A stretch of DNA of 64,000 nt from Octopus bimaculoides (Eukaryota), in the NCBI RefSeq assembly GCF_001194135.2, contig NC_068996.1, positions 16,464,849-16,528,848 on the forward strand, read 5' to 3'. The notes beneath the pieces are model-generated. The model saw only the letters and a program-made list of their open reading frames with translations, was not told the DNA's origin and made no database searches. This document shows positions 11,490-24,412 of the stretch, one piece after another. The position numbers were made by a program, and so were the translations under genes. Each line of letters starts with the position of its first letter. Position 1 is the stretch's first letter.

Positions 11490-12579
11490 TTTCGGCCATA
11501 GTTCTTTCGTCACACTTCTGTGACCCCTTTTTATATAGAAAAATTCTGCAAATTTACATATTTTATCTATGGCTAAACCACTTGAATTATGGCAAAAAAA
11601 ATTATTAGTGAATGCTTTTATTCTTTTAACATTTTCTTTTCATTAATTTTTCTTCAGATTCCCATTATACTACGGAAAAGAAAGTCCGCTTATGCAAATA
11701 CTCCACATGAACAAAGGATGAAGTTTCGTCGTCAATCTAGACAAAACATAATCTCGGCAAAATGAAACTTTTGGTGAGCGTCAAGAAAGACAGGAACAAG
11801 ATGTATTTCGCCATATAGTTGCAAAAAGAAGAGAGACAACAACGTTTGATTGCTGATAAATTTGGCCATATCGTTGCAAGAAGAAATGAGTCTGAAGAAG
11901 AGAGACAACAACGTTTGATTGCTAATAGAAACAGGTATCAAGATTGAAGACAACAAAGGATTCAAAATGCTAAACGTTCTGTATTGCTATATGACAAAAA
12001 TGAAAGCTGCAATTGGAGAAATGACCAAACTTTGTCAGCCTGGTGCTAAGAAATTTATTGGAGAATCACCAGGAATGTGCCATGGAAATGGAAAGGTTAC
12101 ACTGGATCCATTTCCACCTCTGCTTCAGTTATTTCAAGAAATACTTTTGTCAAGGTTCAGGGAGTATAATTCTTTGTTTGCCATGACCAGCTCTGGTCAC
12201 AAAGATGCAACTGTCCATCTGTAAGAATTCAAGGTCAAATTTACCATCAACTTCGGGAAAATAAGCGGGCCAAAGGAGAACATGCTCGGCGTTTTAATGC
12301 ACTAACAGGGGCTTAAATTGCAATTTTAAAGTCAAATGAGCTTACAGAAAATAGAGACATTGTTTTTAAGTTGTAAAAAGGTGGATTGAGAATTTCAGAG
12401 TTACATCGATCCTATGATCCTTTGATGTATCCATTGTTATTTTCCTTATGGAACAGACTACAACATATATTTGAAGGGAAAAATTACTGCCAAGGAACAG
12501 TGAAATATCACCGTTGCAGGATTTGGCGGCTCACCAATTATGCTACTTAATCCCGAGCAACGCCGGGTATGCCTTCTAG
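11490..12579 (+). mobile_element. Non-autonomous, internally deleted Helitron (Rep N-terminal pieces plus intact 3' end)
   Basis: ESEEERQQRL-type repeats; IGEMTKLC..AKKF.GESPGMC..NGKVTL; FREYNSLFAMTS; RIQGQIYH; EHARRFNA; RISELHRSYDPLMYPLLF. 3' end cccgagcaacgccggg..CTAG (12576-12579) followed by T. The 5' boundary is approximate. Confidence 0.85.
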
Positions 12580-12719
12580 TATATATATATATATATATAT
12601 ATNNNNNNNNNNATATATATATATATATATATATATACGGACTTTTTCTTCAGTCTCGATCTACCAAATTTCCTAACTTTGGTCCATCTGGTGCATTATA
12701 TTTCATATATATATATATA

Positions 12720-13100
12720 GCTACTCCTGTTGAAACCATCATGTATTTTCAGTGTTGGATTTGTGTGCACTATTCTTGTTCAGAATAGTGAGCTGAGTTT
12801 TTCTTATGATGCGAAATGGGAGATGCGTGGGTTATTGATGTCAATTAGTTGACTTTCCAGAGTTCTTTGAGAGTGGATTAGGAGTATCATAAATCAATAT
12901 CGATTTCCTTTAGATTTTAGTTAAGCTTTAAAAGTTCCTTATTCTTGGAATTTAGGAGTCTTGATATGAGTAGCTATTGATTTCGATGGGTACTGGCCCT
13001 ACATCCGGCCTTAAGTGTTTCAAGAATTACTTGCTTGTGATTTTTCAAGATTTTACGTTTCCCTATCGTTTTTCCCAGTGTCAGAAAGATCGAATTAAAA
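12720..13100 (-). mobile_element. Possible heavily decayed RLE-type (R4-like) LINE 3' remnant
   Basis: Minus frames give scattered RPDV, KELWKV and TILN..AH pieces, loosely resembling the R4 C-terminus; many stops. Confidence 0.25.
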
Positions 13101-13596
13101 AAAGATCGTGCAGTTTTCATTTCGGCTTCCTTTATTCTTTGTTTTATATCTTTCGTAAACTAATTCTGATGCGTAACTTTGTACTGTATTGCAATGAGGA
13201 TATATTATTTGAAACCGTGGTTGTGATTTTTGATATAGTATCTCCGTCATTAGTGGTGATACTAATTATACCCTATGGTTTTCAGTGTTAGTTTTGTGGT
13301 TTACGAATGATCCCAAATGTGTGACAATTTCTGCTTTTTTTTTCTATATTCTTATTTCATGTTTTGTTCTTCGATGCTAGCTTTTATTTCAGTTAAATGT
13401 AGTTTATGGGAATATAAATGGCTATTGTTTCTCTTTAATTGGATTGCATATTTCTTGAGTTTCATTAGGTTTGTGATCTTTTATGTTGCTTTACGAGTAA
13501 ATATATTGTTGAATATGCGTACAGTGGAGCTTATATTTTACATTGTACTGTTATTGTTGAATTTATTTTTCAGTAAAACTCGTGAGCTTAGTGAGG

Positions 13597-13614
13597 CGTG
13601 TGCGTGTGCGTGTG

Positions 13615-13704
<90 letters not shown>
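13597..13704. repeat. (TG)n microsatellite
   Basis: Directly visible. Confidence 0.95.
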
Positions 13705-13707
<3 letters not shown>

Positions 13708-14490
13708 TGCTTTGCACATGGGTTCTCAACCATTTTTTTTTTATCTATGAACCCCTTTGGCGGTGATGATGTTGGAGTTGTAGTGTTATCGTTATTGATG
13801 ACGACATTGGCGGCGGCGGCAGCAACGATGAGGAGAGGAAGGAAGTAGAGGAGGTAGAAGTGGAAGATAAGCATCAGATCAATATTCATTCAGGTGGCTT
13901 AATCAAAGATGCTCCAGCTGTGACCATCCCATCATTTATTCAGACATGGGATATCTGGGACCAATTATTTATCATTATTTTTCCTTGTTCTTGTTTTTGT
14001 TGCGGCTTTCTCTCCTTCAACTTCGATCGAGTAGATCTAGCATCAAATCCGTTCTAGCCACGGTCACCCTGCATTTTTTCTCTCCATCATAATGTATCTG
14101 AGACTTCATAAATATTTAAGTCCCATTTTTTAAAAACGATAATATATAATACGATTGAGATTTTATTACGATTTCTAACATTTCGTGTGACCAGTTACAG
14201 GCCCTTGCATTGATACCCTTTGTCTTTCTGATCTAGGTCACCTCTAGTCTAACAGCTGTGTCATTAAAATATTTCTAAAAGGTATTCATTATTTGTGTAA
14301 TATAGTGTATTAAGTATTTTCGTCATTCAAACTGCAGCTGTGTGTAATTTGTGAGGAAATATGACTGCTATCTTTTAACAGGTACATAGACAAAGGAGAA
14401 CGTTTCTTCATTTTGTTATTTTAGGCAAACTATAATTATCTGAACGACAACGATGCTGAAAGTATCTTTTTACCTTTACTTGTTTCAGTC

Positions 14491-14791
14491 ACTGGAATAC
14501 GGCCACACTGGAATACGGTCACACTGGAATACGGCCACACTGGAATACGGCCACACTGGAATACGGCCACACTGGAGNNNNNNNNNNNNNNNNNNNNNNN
14601 NNNNNNNNNNNNNNNNNNNNNNNNNNNNNNNNNNNNNNNNNNNNNNNNNNNNNNNNNNNNNNNNNNNNNNNNNNNNNNNNNTTTTTACCTTTACTTGTTT
14701 CAGTCACTGGAATACGGCCACACTGGAATACGGTCACACTGGAATACGGCCACACTGGAATACGGCCACACTGGAATACGGCCACACTGGA
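14491..14791. repeat. 16-bp minisatellite (ACTGGAATACGGCCAC)x5 inside a minus-strand SINE A tail, present twice across an N gap
   Basis: Units at 14491-14570 and 14706-14785, both with the same C>T variant in unit 2. Confidence 0.9.
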
Positions 14792-14939
14792 GCGTCGCTT
14801 CGATGGGTTTAGTCAAACAAATCGACTCCATAACTTTTTTTTTAGATTGTTTCTTATTTTATCAGTCTTTTATCGAAAAATACTAAATTAGCGATGTGTA
14901 ATCAAACCAACCGGTTGTCAAGCATCAGGCAAGCTGGAT

Positions 14940-15937
14940 AAACACAATGCCGAGCACGATAAAAACTAACATTGGTCTCTTTCTGGAGAATATTCCAACT
15001 CTTTAACCTGGAACCAAGAAGTTCAGCTTGCTTTTTCGACAAGTTTAAATCCCACACAAGATCATTCAGATCTCCCTGGCTCAACAAATGTGATGCACTT
15101 GAAGAACAGTTAGGGTCAAAGTTCATGTCTTCTGTTTCTTTCTCCACATCTTCATCACTTGACTCGTCAGTGTCATTTTCTTTCAAGAGACAGGTACAGG
15201 TAAGTGTTGATTGTGAAGTGCTGGTTTCGTAGCAGACTGTAAATTAGGATATTTTACAGTATGCTTGGATTTTGATGTTATACCTTGTATATTCGTCATG
15301 CAGAAGTAGCTATCTGAAGTGTGATATTTGACCTCTCTTCAAATCATAGGGATAGCAAAAGGCATGAACCATAAGGATGACAAAAGGCGTATGGCATGAA
15401 TCTTTGGCCCAGAAAGTGAGAAGCCCGACAGAGGTTACACAACACACATAAGGGGGTCCATCCTGGTCACCAGCTTTACTGTCAAAATAATGCTCATAGC
15501 ACTTTTTAACCAATGGCATGAAACGCCGTCTTTGTGACTTGAATGTTAAGTCAAGGCAAATATAGCAAAAGTTGTTTGCGATGTTTATTGAATGGAATAT
15601 GTGAACTTAGTGCACAACCGCGCGCCTAACAGTACTGACAAAACATCTATGACTCATCGACTCAGTGTTGCCAAGCTTCGGTATCTCATTAACTTAGCTA
15701 GACTTATGATTTCACTAGGTTAATTCTATTCATAAACATTTCTATTAGGAGTATTTCTTGAACCGTTAGCTTCGCATTTCAACAGCTTAACTGAAATTTA
15801 GCCCACGTAACAGGAACTGAGAGGGATATCGTGGAACAGAAACTGTGGGTGATAGAGACATTATTTTTGAATTCTGCATGCAAAAGCATAAGGTACAGGT
15901 ATTCTTTTTCTTGGGAAAATTTTTTTGTTGACCAGTG
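14940..15937 (-). mobile_element. Chapaev3 (CMC superfamily) DNA transposon 5' fragment
   Basis: VKKCYEHYFDSKAGDQD..P.VCCVT...L..W...PF and HLLSQGDLNDLVWDLNLSKKQAELLGSRLKSWNIL motifs, typical of Chapaev3 transposases. Terminus CACTGGTCAAC at 15937. Confidence 0.75.
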
Positions 15938-16283
15938 TAATCACCTGATGCTTATGAAGAAATATAGGAGAATGTAACAAAATATCTTCTACAAAAATCT
16001 CTCATGTTTTGTTTTCTATGTAAATCTAAAAATGGATACGATTACAAAATTACAAGACACGAACGGAAATACTCATGGAGTTCTTAATACTGGTTATTTA
16101 TCACGCGATTTAATGTTAACTTATTCTATACTAATATGCGAGCGTGGGTATATCTACGCATATATATGTACTCACATATATAATCATACATGCATCCCGC
16201 GTGCGCCCGCATACGTACTCGCTCACTCACTCACTCACATACATACACACATACATACACATACACACACACATACATACATA

Positions 16284-16476
16284 GAAAGGAGTGCTGAAAA
16301 GTTCTTGGTTTAAGGGTATCGGGAAAGATTTGGTTGGAGGCCCAATCTCCTGAGTTCTTTTACAGGGCTTAGAAAAACTGAAGGACCGGGGCGGGGTATG
16401 TTCGATAAAATCATAATTAACTGATCCTCTGGTAGCTTCTTTTACCCAAAGCCAGCAACTTTTCAGCACTCCCTTC
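16284..16476. mobile_element. 193-bp Tc1/mariner-type MITE
   Basis: About 28-bp TIRs (GAAAGGAGTGCTGAAAAGTTCTTGG / CCAGCAACTTTTCAGCACTCCCTTC) flanked by TA on both sides. Confidence 0.85.
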
Positions 16477-16519
16477 TACTAATGTGTCCTTCCTTGCTGA
16501 TCATATTGTTTACTTCCAG

Positions 16520-16870
16520 GTCAGCCCTGATCCAACAGACCTACGATCGAAGATGTTCCATCTTTGGCTGTCCCATCTTTTCATTCAGGCGTAGTGTATC
16601 TCGGGCTACATTATCTAATGTATAGTAGTTAGTCTTAGAACCTATAGTGGTTGTTATTGTTGTTGTTTTGTCTCATAAAGATTTTCAATCGTTAGATGTC
16701 TAATCAGAGATATTTCAATCGTGACCATCCCGTCTTAACATGCAAAATGTTTATTAAGACCACATTATCTAATATCATTTTTCTGTATTAAATATGGTGT
16801 TACATGGAAGATATTTGGCTGCTGTTTCTTGTAAGTCAAGTAGCCATGTAGAGACGCAATCGTCAGTTTG
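16520..16870 (+). repeat. Interspersed modular repeat (cagacctatgatc...gtgaccatccc core), two modules
   Basis: The same core recurs at 13900-14100, 20830-21370, 56100-56560 (minus) and 63880-63930. Confidence 0.55.
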
Positions 16871-17016
16871 CAGTCAACCGTGACAAGAGCGTAAGATAGA
16901 AGGGTCCTTCAAACGTTTAATAATCAGAAGTGGGTGGTGATGCGTGACAGTTTAGGAGTTTGAGTGACGGCGAGTCAGAGATATAATGACAAGTAGGAAT
17001 TTTTAGGTTTATGACT

Positions 17017-17290
17017 CGGTGGTGGTTACTATCGGTGGTGGTGAGATGGTTATGGTAACTGGTAATGGCGGTGCTGGTGGTGCTGATGCTCATGCCGGTG
17101 GTGGTGTTGGTGATGGTAGTAATAGAAGTAGTTGTGGTGGTGATAATGATTATGACGATGCTGTTGCTTGTGGTGGTGGAGCTGCTGCTACAGGGTCTGT
17201 TTGTGGTGTGGTGGTAGCCATTGTCGTTGCCATGCTAACAGTATTGCTGCTGCTGCTCCCACTGCAGCTGCTGCCGTTACTGCAGCCACT
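17017..17290. repeat. Degenerate (GGT/GAT/GCT)n trinucleotide low-complexity tract
   Basis: Directly visible. Confidence 0.85.
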
Positions 17291-17794
17291 GCATCCAGTG
17301 AGAAGGATGTTCATACACGCTGACCTACAAACCTCCCTCTCTGACTTTCCCAGTCTGTCCTACTACACCCAACAGGAACTTCGAAACACTTAGTTTAGAA
17401 TAGGGGCAGCTGATGAAGGAAATGTTCTCTATGTGGCCTGTCTCTTTTCCTGTGTGTTCCTACCGTTGTCCGAAAAAAAGTTTGTTTTCCGTGCTTTGTT
17501 TATGTTCTGTTTTTCATTTTGTCCACGTTTTTTTTTTTTGTGACGTCCTGTACCCAGATATGCATCTATATATACATGTAGATGTAGGCGTAGGAGTGGC
17601 TTGTGAACTTAGCGGTCAGGTGAGCCCTTAAATGCAAAACAAGGTGGAAAAAATAGTACTCGAATACCAAAGGTAGACTACATTCAGTTTTCATCACAAC
17701 AGTCCGTCGAAACAAACCATAAGAGACTGGGCTCAAAAGAGGATTGCCAATTTTACCCTTTATTTCTTTGCTTTATAGCGATGCACAGGCAGAA

Positions 17795-17990
17795 TCGTTA
17801 GCACACCGGGCAAAATACTTAGTGGCATTTCGTCTGTCTTTACCTTCTAGGTTCAAATTCCGTCAAAGGTGGACTTTACCCTTTCGTCTTTGAAAGTCAA
17901 TAAAAAAAAGTGCCAGCCTAGTTCGGAAGTCGGTGTTAACTTTCCCTTCCATTCAAAAATATTAAGTTTCTGCCAGAATTTGAAACCATG
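17795..17990 (+). mobile_element. SINE family B
   Basis: ggcagaatcgttagcacaccgg..gttcaaattccg..ctttcgtctttgaaagtcaataa. Confidence 0.75.
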
Positions 17991-18412
17991 TATTTACTGA
18001 CTCACAGCAAACGATCATTTGGCACAGGCGTTAGATTATTGGATGAAAACTGTATTTATTCTTACGCCGTATGACCTCAGATCAAATCCTGCCGTGGTCA
18101 CCTTTAACTTTTATTGTTTCGAATCAATAAAATATCACCGTTGTCACTTGGGGAGACTACGAAATCAATGCAGATAAAATCCATTAATATTAAATATTAT
18201 GTAAATTGGAAACACAGATTTACATATGTAATATATTATAGTACTTAGTTCTATTGATAACTTACTTATGCGTTAATAATGTATTGTGTAGTTTTGTATA
18301 GTATTACAGAATACATCTATAGATATTAGTCAACAACTCTACAACTATCTTTGGATATATATAAAGTACGCGCTCTAAACCAATACCAATTGTCTGCCTG
18401 TTCCTACATATA

Positions 18413-18823
18413 GGCGTATGCAGGATTGTGTGGTAAGGAACTTGCTTCCCAACCACATGGTTCCGGGTTCAGTCCCACTGTGTGGCACCTTGAGTAAGTG
18501 TATTCTGCTATGGCCTCGGGCTAACCAAAGCCTTGTGAGTGTTTTTGGTGGACGGAAACCGAAAGCCCGTCGTGTATATATATATATATAAACATATGTG
18601 TGTGTGTGTGTGTCTGTGTTTGTTCCCCATCACTACTTGACAACTGGTGATGGTGTGTTTACGTTCCCGTAACTTAGCTTTTCGGCAAAAGAAACCGAAA
18701 GAATAAGTACCAGGCTTTTAAAAATATAACAAGCTCTGCGGTCGATCCATTCGACTGAAAAAAAAGATCATCAAGGCGGTGCCCCAGCATGGCCGCAGTC
18801 TAATGACTGAAACAAGTAAAAGA
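18413..18823 (+). mobile_element. SINE family A, full-length
   Basis: Head tgtgtggtaag..ggttccgggttcagtcccactg, internal TA/TG tract, tail ggcggtgccccagcatggccgcagtctaatgactgaaacaagtaaaaga. Confidence 0.9.
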
Positions 18824-19905
18824 CAAACGATTAATGATACAGGTTTTATTTCGAATCTCACTCATGTTGACTTTGTCTTTGACACACGGAATGCTCATAT
18901 AAAATGAACACCTGACAACGACCTACACTCCATATAATAGACTAAAACTTTTACAGTAATGCCTCAGCGTGGCCACACTCAACTACCTGAAACCAGTAAA
19001 AGAATAAAACGTCTAAATGATCTACATGATGTAGCCCATTGTCATATCAAATGAGGTGGCCACCCAACACCAACTATACATCATTGTGTTCTTGGTTGAT
19101 ATCAAGTCAGTGGGCTACAACTGTAAGTAGCAGCAATAAATCTGCTAAGATCGAGACGTCTGATTCAGTTTGTGACATAGACAAGTCGTAAATATACTAT
19201 AAAACAAAATATGACCTGCTCTAGTCTTAGAACAAAATTCTGTTGCCGATTCATAGTTAGGTATCATATGGCAAAAAAGTTTGTAAGATACAGCGGGTAT
19301 GAGAAGAATATCTGCCGTCAACATGTGTGTATGTGTGTGTATTTAGAGTTTTGTAAATTTTTATTGTTTCCTAGTATTGATGTAGTGGCTCCGGGGGTTA
19401 GTCGATGGCCTGATGTCCCCTCCCCACACCTCACACCCTGACACCATCCAATTTGTTTATTGCAACTTCAGTGTTATATAGTTTTATGGTTTAGTCGGTG
19501 GAAGAGGCAGGAAGCATCCATGACCTTTTGTAGGAAAGGAAAAAAAGGAGAAGGATGTGGAAGGAGGAAGGAGGACAGTGAAGGAGGATACCTCAACAAC
19601 TGGAGTGAAGTTGTATGAAATAGTGCATCAATAATGTATTAGATTATATTTTACTTAGACCCGAGATCGGGTCCGAAAACTTACTTCCTAAGGGCCGGGT
19701 AGATTTGTTAAAACAGATTCAGACTACCAAAATCCATAAGCATGAGCAGTCTAACCACTCTGTCGATTTACTTACTTTCACTTTGATTCGTTTATTCATA
19801 AACAGGGTGGGACAATTTTTTTTTTCAATACGCAACCGGGACAGGAAAAAATAACTGTTTTAACGCTCTCAAAACCATCTGTCTATCTATCTATCTGCCT
19901 GTCTT

Positions 19906-19953
<48 letters not shown>

Positions 19954-20829
19954 CCTATCAAACACACACANNNNNNNNNNGTATATATATATATATATAT
20001 ATATATATAATCTGTATGTATCTACACACACGCACACACTTTATACACACAAAAACATACATCAGTGTTTCAAATATACATGTGTGTATCTGCCATGTAT
20101 ATTTAATGGTGTTTATGTTTATTGACATGTTTGTTTATAAGCGTCCGTTGTTACAACTCGCTATTTTTTCTTCTCGTAAGATGTATGTGTATCTATATGA
20201 GTGTATCTATATGTTTGTGCGTGTGTGTGTGTGTGTGTGTGGGTGTGTGTGGGCGTGCGTACACGTCACGTTAATGTCTTGGGAAAAAATGAACCTTATA
20301 ACGGGTTCGTTTGTGTATCTCAGAGTGCACACATCCTGGGAAACTGAAGGAATACACGATCGTAAATAAGTTAGATGTGACCGCTGACCGCTGACCTAGG
20401 TATATAAAACCACCACCACCACAACAACAACAACAACAAACACAATGATAACAACGGCAATGACAACTATTTGTTTCCTTAAGTGCCAATTCTCTATCAC
20501 ATCATATGACCCACCTCTTGTCTTTCCTTCGTTCCTCCTTCTTTTCTTTCCCCATCATCCTATTTTGTATGTATGTATGTGTGTGTGTATATATCCACAC
20601 ACTCTCTCTCTCTCTCTCTCACACACACGTACACGCTTATATATATTGCAGTCTTGGTAAATATCTTTCAAGATAATGTGGTTTGATATCAAAATACTTA
20701 AACCTTGTCTTCCGTTATCGGATTGAAAGATTTCGTAAAGCTATCAAATAACAATATGACAACAATGACTTGTAAATATGTCGTTAGAAATAGTTTTAAG
20801 GAATTACATTTTTTTTTATTAACCCAAAT

Positions 20830-21370
20830 AAGACTTGGTGCAACAGACCTATAATAATAATCCGGCCGTGACCATTTCTTTTATTATAAAAACAAGTGTC
20901 TCTATGGCTTTTTTTAAATCATAAAAACAAGTGTTTCCTTGGTTTCATTCTCAAATGCTTTATATAGTTTTGGCGATACCTGAAGCAGCTCAACTATAAT
21001 TAAAGACACTCAGTTGTGACCATCCTGTCTTTTTGAATATGGTGTTTATCAGACTATATTACCCAACGTATCCTCATTTAAGGCAGCAGAATGTGATTTG
21101 AGAGAGTTTTGGCTATTGCTTCTAGCAGGTCAATTGACCGAATATAGACCCGTCATACTAAATCGTGTATCTGCTAGTATTTGCAGTTGTTGTTGTTGTT
21201 TAACTCCAGGCAGTTCTGATCCAGTGGCTACATCATCAACACAATACACCCATGACCATCCCGCATTTTCTCGAGTTGGTGGTATTTCAATGGAACTTTT
21301 ATTTAATGGGGATTAGAGTGTGATATGAGGGAGATTTCTCTAGCAGACTGAGCGACCATTTAGAACAGTA
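20830..21370 (+). repeat. Cluster of modular repeat units (gtgaccatccc core)
   Basis: At least three diverged modules sharing cagacct/gtgaccat motifs, plus tttggctattgcttctagcaggtc segments. Confidence 0.5.
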
Positions 21371-22319
21371 TTTCTCAAACTTGTGTACCCCACACACCCA
21401 TTTCGATTTTCTAAGAAAACGTTCTCCCTACCCTAAACAGACAAAACACACACCAAATACGCTCACTGAAATTTCTGTCAAAATAAAAAAGCATAAAACT
21501 AAGTATTTCCTTCATATCGTTCTCATAGTATTTTTTTAAAGCATTCAAACCAGAGCTCTTTTAAGAGGCAACAGGCTCGGATTACCAAATGAATAAATGT
21601 GAACGTGTAACTCGGGGTATTGGAATTATGATGTTGTCAACTATAATGTATCAATGAATTTTCTACATTTTTGCATTGAGTTCTGTAATTTATCACTTCA
21701 CAGTGAATCACCATATATATATTTATATAAGGGCATTACTAAGAGGGACTCTAAGGTCACGCTAAGAGGGACTCTAAGGTAAAACTACCATAATAAACAC
21801 ATTTTTACCGAACGCGAGGAAATGCAACTTTCAAAGCTAGCCCCCTAAAAACAGACTAAACTGTAGATCATGATTTCGTAATTATTGCAGCAATATGCGC
21901 CTTTTACTCATAAGTACAGTATGGTCAAGACATAAAAATAAACAAAGAATCAACCTACCAGACAAACACTTCATGTATTCAGCATAGTACATAGAATTCC
22001 ACTTAAACGTGTATGTTTTGTTAGAATAAATTTTACTGCGGTAGATACCATGGGAGAAGCTTTCATATAGGCTTTTGGTGGAAATTGCACGCTTGTTTAT
22101 ATCGCTAGCGGGGAGATAAATCCCACCAACTCCAGCTGAGACCACCAGATCAAGTGATTTCGACCTTTTTGGTTTCATCCGTGACGACCGCCAGAGATAA
22201 CAGTGACTGATCTCCCCGCTGCGATATATAGGTTTACAGTGCTAGAACTGGCGCCGGAGCCACGATTTGCCACTTAGCTTGTTAAAATAAATATATATAT
22301 ATATATATATATGTGTGTG

Positions 22320-22354
<35 letters not shown>

Positions 22355-22981
22355 CAGCGATATAGGCAGTATTGGTACCAAGAGGTAATATTTATCCCCA
22401 CTGAAATGTTCGGTAGATTTATGTCTCCGCTAGCGATATAAGCAAGAGTGCATTTTGTATCAAAACCCTACATGAGAGGACCCTAATCCTTCCTTAGTTA
22501 TCGACCAAAAATACTAATACCCAATTTCGCGCCTTTATATATATATATAAAATTATAATTGAAATTTAGATTTTAATTTAACCTGCGTTTCGTGTATGTC
22601 CCAAGTAGTATGTTGGAAAAGCACGTTCACTGCTTATGGCAGTCATCCACGGTAATTGCACAATCGTCGCTGGATCTATGTTAGGAATTCCACAGTGAAC
22701 ATTGTGTATAGTAGAAACAATTGATACGGATGAGAGAATATATTGGAAACATACTGCACTACTCTCCCGTGGGTGGGAAACTATATATTGAATTCCAGTA
22801 CACTCGGCACGTCATTTATGGAACAAGAAACCAAATTATATCACCTGAAGAGATGCTTCTGCACTGCGGGATACATTTGAATTCATCGTAAAGTTTACCA
22901 CCCACGAGGGAGCAGTGTAAGATATGTGAAAACAATCTTTCTGATAGTCTCCAGTATATTCTCTCTTTAGCATCAATTGTT

Positions 22982-23126
<145 letters not shown>

Positions 23127-23559
23127 TAAATAAAATGAAACAACAAACTAAGGCTGTGTGGTATTTATAGGACATTTATGAAGAGAAAGTTTGTTTTACA
23201 GATGTTTTTGGGATATTAGGGATATCCCTTCATCACGGACGATATGAGAAAGTTAACTAGAGGGAAACAGTAGAGTTCAATATAAGAAGTTATTTTGGAA
23301 AAGGATTGGTGGATATAGGAAATATAAAGGAAAATAAGAGAATAAAAATAAAAGTAAAAATACATGTAAGATGTTACAGTTACAGTTCCATATAATTTTC
23401 TTCTTTTCCTTTTATTCTTTTTTTTTTTTTTTCTTGACGGTTGATTTGCTTTGGTTCTGATGAAGATATTGTGACGTCCATTCCCTATAATTTCAGTCAA
23501 CGTATAGATCTGTTGATAAAATTGAACCACGAACGCACCCAAATGCATATCTGAAACAT

Positions 23560-24270
23560 GTGTAAGTCTGGCAGCGTATGATTAAGACCTGACTATGGTT
23601 CTGTTAATTTCTCTGCATCATGTGGGGTTTCGTTATATTTCCAATAACGTCATTAGACTATTTTTATTTTTGTAGTTTTCAATGTTTATAGTTTCTTAAG
23701 TATATATGTTGATTTAAACGCCATGCTTTTTTGTTTATTCTATAATTAAGTGTAATTTCAGTTGTTTCCAAGTAACGAGCTTGTTGGTCATTTAATTATA
23801 ATAGATTATTTAGCCTCTTTGTAGTTAGGACATGTTATTAATTATTTGCATTATCTATAGAAGTATATTTCTGCGTATATACATTTATATTTATAATTCT
23901 TTAATTTGATTTCATTCTAATTCTCTATTTTATTGCTTAATTTTAATAAGCAATTTATTTGCTTAATATATTTTATAGTATTGAATTATATTTCATAGAT
24001 ATTGATCTAAGATTGACCTTTTCCTTGTACATTTTTCGAGGAAGTCGTTTATGAGATATACTGTTCCACTAGTCTTTATTGGGCTTGATTTTAGTTTCAT
24101 ATCATGTTTGTGATGTGATAACGTTGACTGAGAAACAAAGTATTTACTAGTCTATGTTCGTTGTATTCTCTGAAAGTCCGTTTTGGGATGGTTTTATTGT
24201 TTCATAAGTACAATTTTGTAAATATAACTTAATAGTACTTGTCTACTTTAGTGTTACTTGTAGTCATAAG
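23560..24270 (-). mobile_element. Possible decayed Penelope-like (GIY-YIG end) remnant
   Basis: Strongly A-rich minus strand with faint endonuclease-like pieces and a degenerate tgatgcagag..gaacc..gtcagg motif near 23580-23625. Many stops. Confidence 0.25.
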
Positions 24271-24299
24271 GTGATGGATTCCCAGACAGCGTCTTTCAT

Positions 24300-24377
24300 T
24301 CCCTCTCTCTCCCTCGCTCTCTCTCTATATCTATTGCTTTCTCCTCTCTTTTTCTTTCTCTGTCTCTTTCTCTCGCT

Positions 24378-24412
<35 letters not shown>

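Noticed and set aside
14491-14570. Regularly repeated units as a CRISPR-like array
   Set aside because: Contiguous tandem units with no spacers, in eukaryotic DNA, with no cas genes.
14460-14800. Apparent tandem duplication of the SINE tail and minisatellite
   Set aside because: Identical copies, including the unit-2 variant, on either side of an N gap; probably an assembly duplicate.
17019-17393. 124-aa Gly/Ala/Leu-rich ORF, and similar ORFs at 55307-55671 and 42152-42619
   Set aside because: Derived from trinucleotide low-complexity repeats, with no splice or domain support.
17405-17490. CTGATGAAGG motif
   Set aside because: No closing stem II adjacent to GAAA and no stem I partner.
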